Shown here: one piece after another, positions 33,870-39,701 of the stretch | How the letters are laid out: each line of letters opens with the position of its first letter | How positions within the stretch are numbered: the stretch's first letter is position 1 | From: Chiloscyllium plagiosum | Lineage: Eukaryota | Assembly (NCBI RefSeq): GCF_004010195.1 | Contig: NC_057711.1 | Span: 79,150,500 to 79,190,200 of the forward strand | DNA length: 39,701 nucleotides | Reading direction: 5' to 3' | The notes under the pieces: generated by a model | The model's input: the letters and a program-made list of their open reading frames with translations, nothing else | What the model was told of the DNA's origin: nothing | The model's database searches: none | Made by a program: the position numbers and the translations under genes

Positions 33870-34568
33870 GTTTAGAATTTTGATGTCAAAGTAGAGGCAG
33901 ATGGGTGTTCATTAGTTCTGTGGAAGCTTTTTTTTCAAGAAAATGGGTAATGGAGCCTTTATGGAACATTGACTTAAATTCCATATTTTCAGAAGCAGGT
34001 GGCTGTTGACCCCTGTGAAGTAAGGTTAATACTGCCGTGTTTACAATGAATAGAGTAAACATTTAAGGTCATATTCAGTTTGCAAACCTTCCCACAAAGA
34101 AGATTTGTTTAGAAATATGCAGGTTATTAGAACTGAGAAAATTTAAGCTGTCAGATCTGTGAAAGGTTTATGCTGTCAGACTTGGAAAGGACTCTGTGAA
34201 TTTGTTCCATGGTCTTTCGCAAAGAAACTATTAAGAGTCAGTGAGTAAGTTGAGATAGGGGAATGATTTTTCAGAACATCAGTAACAGGTAAAGTCAAGA
34301 AACATGTTGAAACTTTGTTTTGTTATAATTTAAGATCATTAGAATTGTCTTCAATAATTAGATAGTTTGTTTCCTGTTTTGATCTTCCATTGTGTAATAA
34401 AATTCTATTCCACCATTAAAGAAAATCTGCAACCTCATGTGAATATAGTTCGATAACTAACCAGTATATTAACTAAAAGGAAAAAAAAAATCATTCTGAG
34501 ATGTGACTTATCCAGTAGAAGGGCAGGTATATGAATGGTGGTACCTGTGGTTTCTGGGAATTATGACA
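33870..34568 (+). mobile_element. Possible solo LTR
   Basis: AATAAA near 34396 followed by U5-like sequence ending ...TTATGACA. Left boundary not defined. Confidence 0.3.
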
Positions 34569-34789
34569 AGCAACTCTGGAGTCAGTCAGGAGGTGGGTTC
34601 GAAGGCATACTTTGGTACATGAACACTGTGTTGAATTTAAAATAAAATAATAAAACATAAAATGGCTCTTGCTAACCCATATACCCTTCACACTCTTTCT
34701 CACATTTGGTATGTCCATGAAATCTGAAACCCCACAGCCAATCCCCATGTCCCCTCATGCATTAAAATTTTTAAGTATCTATTGAATAA

Positions 34790-35200
34790 TTCGCTGTTCG
34801 GCAAAAAACCCTTTAATCGACAAGAAAAGAAAAATAACTGCATTTATGCTAATTTAATCATTTATGAAAATAAACTTTGGAATTCATAGTCACATTGCAA
34901 ACATTTTATAATTAACTGGAGCTGTCAATCAAACTGTGAAATTGTACTGCGTTAATTGAATGTTGCAAAATCTGACATGCTGTGCTTATCCTGTGCTGAT
35001 AACCCTCAGTCTTATGACAATAGAGTGAAATTGTGACGCTTGATTGTTATTACCTTTCTCCTAAAATATTTAAAGGACAAGGCTTTTACATGCCTTGACA
35101 GCTTGAACTTTCATTTTGACAGCTCTCTTGACAGTTCATTTTGATAATTCTTATTGCGGGTAAATCACCACAAGTTCTCTTAATTGAGACATTTATTAGA
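34790..35200. promoter_or_regulatory. Candidate PBX/MEIS/HOX enhancer
   Basis: CTGTCAATCA (TGATTGACAG) at 34922-34931; TGACAG at 35096, 35117 and 35129; GTAAATCA (TGATTTAC) at 35160-35167; many TAAT cores; no recognisable repeat. Confidence 0.55.
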
Positions 35201-36080
35201 AATCTTATAGACAATCAAATACTGGAACAATGGTTTTAACTTTATTGCATGTAGCAACCAAAATATGACCCCTCAAGTAAGCAAATTAAGTCTCACAATT
35301 CAATTTGGCTACTATCCGATTAAAGATGGAATCTGACCAGAATTTCACCAACAGTGTTTATTTCCGAAAGTATCTAAAGTTTGATCCTTATTTGGTGTTG
35401 TTCTTTGAATTTCTGTTGCTGACTTGTTCTGCTGTTGGATTCTTATACAATTTTCACTCTTTCAAGTTTGTGGTGTGACGTTATTGTTGATTAAATGGAT
35501 TCTTTCATCTCCAACATTCATTATTCTTTCTGGAGACCTCAGGTCTGTGAGTTGCCTTCTTCTCAGAAGTAGTTTCCCTGTTCTTTCTGAGTTAGCTGTC
35601 TGTTTACAACACAGCTTTTCCTGAAATTAACTCCTTAAATTAACTCCTTAAACCAGTTGCCCTTTGTGGCAATAAAGCTTCCAGTTTATCAAACAGGAAT
35701 CAAAGCAGTTTTATGATCTCCTTTTTCCCAGGAAACAGGTTGCTTATTCCCAGAGATGGCTAATTCACATTTTGCTTTCAATTCCTTCTTTAAAAATATG
35801 TCTCCTTGCCTCTTTTGCCTTACAGTTTATTCCAGAAATAATTATTGTTGGTTCTTTCAGCCCACAAAGCTATTAGAGTTGTGAAGTTTATATTGTTGCA
35901 TTTTCTTAACATTTCCAATGGATTTGTGCATTTCTGAATAATCATGTCTACCTTTAACAATCCCAAAGATTATATTATTCTCATAAAGAGAATCTCACCT
36001 CTCACAAAAGGCACTGAACTTCTCATAAAGATAACCCAGGACCATATACAAAAAGATACCTAACATTTTCAAAAACAATT

Positions 36081-36172
36081 AAAAGCAGAAAATGCTGGAA
36101 AAGCCCACCAGGACTGGCAGTATCTGAGGAGAGAGATACAGATTTAACATTTTAAATTTGAAATGACTCTTC
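36081..36172 (-). mobile_element. Older PLE-terminus-derived repeat
   Basis: AAAAGCAGAAAATGCTGGAAAAGC..CAGGACTGGCAGTATCTGAGGAGAGAGA..TTAACATTT..ATGACTCTTC. Confidence 0.6.
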
Positions 36173-36174
36173 AC

Positions 36175-36566
36175 AATTGAAAAATCCGGAATTAAAAGCT
36201 AACCCAATGGCAACCCAATTCTTATCTTGTGTCTATATATGGCTGAGATAGAGAGATTCTTAATCAGCCCAGGGAAGGGCAGGAAAGTGGACATGAGGAA
36301 TGTTGTATCAGCGATGATCCCACTGAATAGCAGAGCAGGCTGAAGGGGTCAAATGCCTACTCCTGTTCCTACTTGTAATGGTCTTATAGTGACTGTGTAA
36401 CCACTGCTGAATGTCATAAAAACGCATCTGGTTCAGTAATGTTCTTTAGGGAGGACATCTGCTGTCAACCTCTTGGCTGGCCTACATGTGACTTAAGTTG
36501 CACACAGTTAAGGAGAAGCAATAAGTATTGACTTAGCCTATGATGCCCACATTCTCTGAATGAATG
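36175..36566 (+). mobile_element. SINE (family of 26788-27060) interrupted by a CR1 tail at about 36230-36390
   Basis: AAAATCCGGAATTAAAAGCT | CR1 tail GAGCAGGCTGAAGGGGTCAAATGCCTACTCCTGTTCCT | TAAAAACGCATCTGGTTCAGTAATGTTCTTTAGGGA..GGCCTACATGTGAC..GATGCCCACATT..TGAATGAATG. Confidence 0.7.
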
Positions 36567-36589
36567 ACAAAAACCAAAAAAAATGTAAG

Positions 36590-37590
36590 AATGAGCTCCG
36601 TTGAAGTGGAAGGGAAAGAGTGCCTTGTCTTTATAGATGGTTTTAGCAAGTGGATAAATATTAAATCTATGCCCAATATCAAAAATGCCAGAAATGTTTG
36701 GGCTTTGAAAAATTTGTTTTCAAATTTGAGCTATAGGATGAGGTTGAATAGGCTGGGACTGTTTTCCATGGAGCGTCAGAGGCTGAGGGTTGACATTATA
36801 GAGGTTTATAAAATCATGAGGGGCATGGATAGGAGAAAAAGACGAAGTGTCTTCCCTGGAGTGGGGGAGTCCAGAACTAGAGGACATTGTTTAAGGGTGA
36901 GAGGGGATAGATATAAAAGAGAGCTAAGGGGCAACCTTTTTCACGCAGATGGTCATATGTGTATGGAGTGAGCCGCCAGAGGAAGTGGTGGAGGCTGGTA
37001 CATTGCAACATTAAAAGGCATCTGGATGGGTATATGTACAGGAAGTGTTTGGAGAGGTATGGGCTGGGTGCTGGCAGGTGGGGACTAGATTGGGTTGGGA
37101 TATCTGGTCAGCATGGATGAGTTGGACCGAAGGGTCTGTTTCTATGCTATACATCTCTTTGACTCTGTGACTCTAAATTGGCAAATGTTGATGTCAGATA
37201 ATGGCCTACACTTTATGTCAGTGTAGAAATATGAAATATTTCTGTGTAAGAATAAAACCAAACACACACCAACACCACCACGTCACCCGACATTAAGTGG
37301 TGCTGCAGAAAAAAAGAGTACAGACTGTAAAGATGTCTTTGCAGAAGCATTTTCTAGATGACAAGCTCGGTAGTAATTGTCATGTTTCTCTGTGACATAG
37401 GTTAGGCAATTTTCTGTTCACTTACAGAATGACCCCACAGCCTACAATAAGTTGCTCAACTTACAAGTTCATGTTTAACCATTCTCCCACTACAAAGTTT
37501 AGTTTGCTTTAATCTAACTTCAAGAGTAAAGTAAAAGAAAAGCAAGACAGGGTGAAGATGAAGCACAATATATGTTGCATGCAACTTAGA
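36590..37590 (+). pseudogene. Degenerate Gypsy integrase core split by a CR1 insertion
   Basis: EGKECLVFIDGFSKWINI..M....LKNLFS | LMSDNGLHF...H..TPPRHP..SGAAE..VQTVK..L.K...LGNFLFTYRMTP: rve/DDE motifs in order. Confidence 0.85.
36727..37174 (+). mobile_element. CR1 3' fragment with a possible AAATT TSD
   Basis: LSYRMRLNRLGLFSMERQRLRVDIIEVYKIMRG..TRGHCLRVRG and a (TGACTCT)n tail. AAATT at 36722-36726 and 37175-37179. Confidence 0.93.
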
Positions 37591-37599
37591 ATTCAGTGC

Positions 37600-38062
37600 T
37601 GGTAAGACAATTGTGTCATGATAAATGAGGAAATGTATTTACATTTATACAGTCTTTAGGTAATTCCTACAATGACCATTTCAAGAACAATTCAGATTGC
37701 AACAAACTTGACTAGAAATCCATGAGAAACATAACTGCTCTCATTTCAAATTGTAGTCAATGGTAAGACAATTGTGTCATGATAAATGAGTTGAAACTTT
37801 ATTGCTGGAACAGCACAGCAGGTCAGGCAGCATCCTGGATGCTGCCTGACCTGCTGTGCTGTTCCAGCAATAAAGTTTCAACTTTGATCTCCAGCATCTG
37901 CAGACCTCACTTTCTCCTCATGATAAATGAGGAAATGTATTTACATTTATACAGTCTTTAAGTAATTCCTACAATGACCATTTCAAGAACAATTCAGATT
38001 GCAACAAACTTGACTAGAAATCCATGAGAAACATAACTGCTCTCATTTCAAATTGTAGTCAA
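37600..38062. repeat. 161-bp tandem duplication; the second copy carries a 127-bp insertion
   Basis: Unit 1 = 37600-37760. Unit 2 = 37761-38062 (161+127+14 bp). One substitution between units (TTTAGGT vs TTTAAGT). Confidence 0.97.
37791..37917. mobile_element. Fold-back mini PLE-derived insertion with a perfect 14-bp TSD
   Basis: TCATGATAAATGAG at 37777-37790 and 37918-37931. Perfect inverted repeat 37789-37835 / 37837-37883. Related to 5874-6011 (GCACAGCAGGTCAGGCAGCATCC). Confidence 0.95.
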
Positions 38063-38796
38063 CTTTGCTTCCATTTTAAACTAAACTGTAATAAATTCAA
38101 CTTTCCTTTAAAATGTACCATATTACAACAGCTACAAAACTACCTGAAGCTAAACAAATAAATTCTCATGTTGAGTACAATCTTTTTTTTTAATTTAAAT
38201 CAGGGGCTGGGTGGAAGATTTACATTCAAAAACATATTTACTTATATTAACTCTTTAAGTCATGCAACTTTCTTAATATACCTTCCAGCCACTTAATTGT
38301 TGTGGAGTCTAAAACGTGCTTTATAATATTCCTGTCATACATTTATAGGTTTTTTTGTGAACAATTCTATAAATAGAGCCAAATATAGGTCTTTGAACAT
38401 ATTTCTATTGTATCATTGATTTACACAAAACAAGCCTGGTACGATATATAACCCAAATATATGTTTTTTGAATTCATTATTTTCATCAAGCTAATTATTA
38501 GATCAGGAGTTTGGATTTCAAAAATGAGGAAAGTGAAGAAAATAATTGTTTGTGATCTCCCAATTGGTGTAATTTAAGCAAAGCAACATCAAGAGAGAAG
38601 AAAAACTAAAATTTAAAATCTATTCCAATAGTGTCCTAGGAGGATGACATGAAAGGTCAGATTTGATTAAGCCTGATGAAGAGTCAACAATTTGAGCAAA
38701 AAATTATTATTTCAGAGTTTTGACAATTTATGCCTTCACTTCTATTCCATTAAGATATTTAGGTCAAGCCAAAGTACTTCAAAACATAATTCTGTT

Positions 38797-39013
38797 GTGA
38801 AGAAGAATCATATCGGACTCAAAATGTCATCCCTGGTTCTATTTCCACAGATGCTGTCCCCACTTCCCCCTATCACCAATCCCCCCACCTACCTCCCCCC
38901 GACACACCTTCCGTCCACCCAACCCTCACCTCCACCCCTACACCAACTGTTGAGTCGCCCCAGTATTTTCTCTGTTGGTTTCAGATTTCTAGTATCCACA
39001 GAATTTTGCTTTT
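38797..39013 (+). mobile_element. Older PLE-terminus-derived repeat with an eroded HHR and a C-rich insertion
   Basis: GTGAAGAAGAATCATATCGGACTCAAAATGT..TCCACAGATGCTG | C-rich 38858-38947 | TGTTGAGT..CCAGTATTTTC..TTTCAGATTTCTAGTATCCACAG..TTTTGCTTT. Confidence 0.65.
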
Positions 39014-39070
39014 AATTATTTGGACATTTTTGTATTTCAGGGATATGTACTGGACAGAATAGCTGGAGAA

Positions 39071-39409
39071 CATATTGGCACCAACGACATAGGTAGGAGG
39101 AGTGCCGAGGATGTTAGACAGGCTTTCAGGGAGCTAGGTTGGAAGCTCAGAGTTAGAACGAACAGAGTTGTTGTCTCTGGTTTGTTACCCGTGCCACGTG
39201 ATAGAGATTCGAGGAATAGGGAAAGAGAACACTTAAATGCGTGGCTACAGGGATGGTGCAGGAGGGAGGGATTCCGGTTTTTGGATAACTGGGGTTCTTT
39301 CTGGGGACGGTGGGACCTCTATAAACAGGATGGTCGACACCTGAACCTGAGGGGCACCAGTATCCTTGGGGGGAGGTTTGCTAGTGCTCTTGGGGGGAGT
39401 TTAAACTAA
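39071..39409 (+). pseudogene. CR1 ORF1 C-terminal SGNH esterase domain, 5'-truncated
   Basis: HIGTNDIGR...RVVVSGLLP...LNAWLQGWCRREGFRFLDNW...DGRHLN.RG. GxND and DxxH blocks are open to the TAA at 39409. Confidence 0.92.
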
Positions 39410-39480
39410 CTCTGCAGGGGCATGGGAACCCAGACTGTAGCTTTAGGGTGCAGGAACTGGAGTGTAGGGAGGTTAGGAAC

Positions 39481-39701
39481 ATGGCACCAATTTCCAAGGA
39501 GGGTGTCTGTAAACAGGAAAGTGGCTTGAAGTGTGTATACTTCAATGCAAGAAGTATACGAAATAAGGCAGGTGAACTTGCAGCGTGGGTTGGTACCTGG
39601 GACTTCGATGTGGCTATTACGGAGACATGGCTAGAACAGGGACAGGATTGGCAGTTGCGGGTTCCAGGATTTAAATGTTTTAGTAGGGAGAGAGGTGGGG
39701 G
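39481..39701 (+). CDS. CR1 ORF2 N-terminus (APE endonuclease), runs off the window
   Basis: Open from the ATG at 39481: LKCVYFNARSIRNK..EL....DFDVAITETWL..GQDWQLRVPGFKCF. Intactness beyond the window unknown. Confidence 0.8.
   Translation, partial: MAPISKEGVCKQESGLKCVYFNARSIRNKAGELAAWVGTWDFDVAITETWLEQGQDWQLRVPGFKCFSRERGG

Noticed and set aside
35624..35652. 13-bp tandem duplication AAATTAACTCCTT
   Set aside because: Ordinary slippage duplication.
37600..38062. Repeat-spacer-repeat pattern resembling CRISPR
   Set aside because: Only two long units plus a TSD, vertebrate context, no cas genes.
38672..38700. CTGATGAAGAGTCA, hammerhead-core-like
   Set aside because: No closing stem II strand and no GAAA box follow.
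38692..39015. 107-aa proline-rich ORF
   Set aside because: Product of the C-rich low-complexity insertion within a repeat.

Overview
AT-rich vertebrate non-coding DNA, intergenic or deep intronic. The repeat content (CR1/HER1-type LINEs, HE1-type V-SINEs, Deu-domain SINEs, Penelope-like elements) points to a shark, probably a carpet shark (inference from recalled repeat families, not from a search). I find no intact host gene, rRNA, true tRNA or CRISPR. ORF-track entries that I can assign are retroelement debris or its antisense shadow; the remainder are short and unrecognisable. The window holds many CR1 fragments, four Gypsy relics (two gag, one gag-pol, one integrase) plus probable LTRs, two GIY-YIG Penelope-like elements (PLEs), TA-flanked Tigger-like MITEs, and several repeat-free TAAT/TALE-motif-rich blocks that look like conserved enhancers. 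The most striking signal is a set of 100-140 bp PLE-derived mini-insertions, each with an 8-17 bp target-site duplication (TSD). Four of them carry a minimal hammerhead ribozyme (HHR) and stop within a few nt of its CUGAUGA core. The fifth is a perfect 47-bp-arm palindrome inserted into one copy of a 161-bp tandem duplication, so the empty and filled sites lie side by side. Repeat boundaries are read by eye and are approximate unless fixed by a TSD or terminal inverted repeat.
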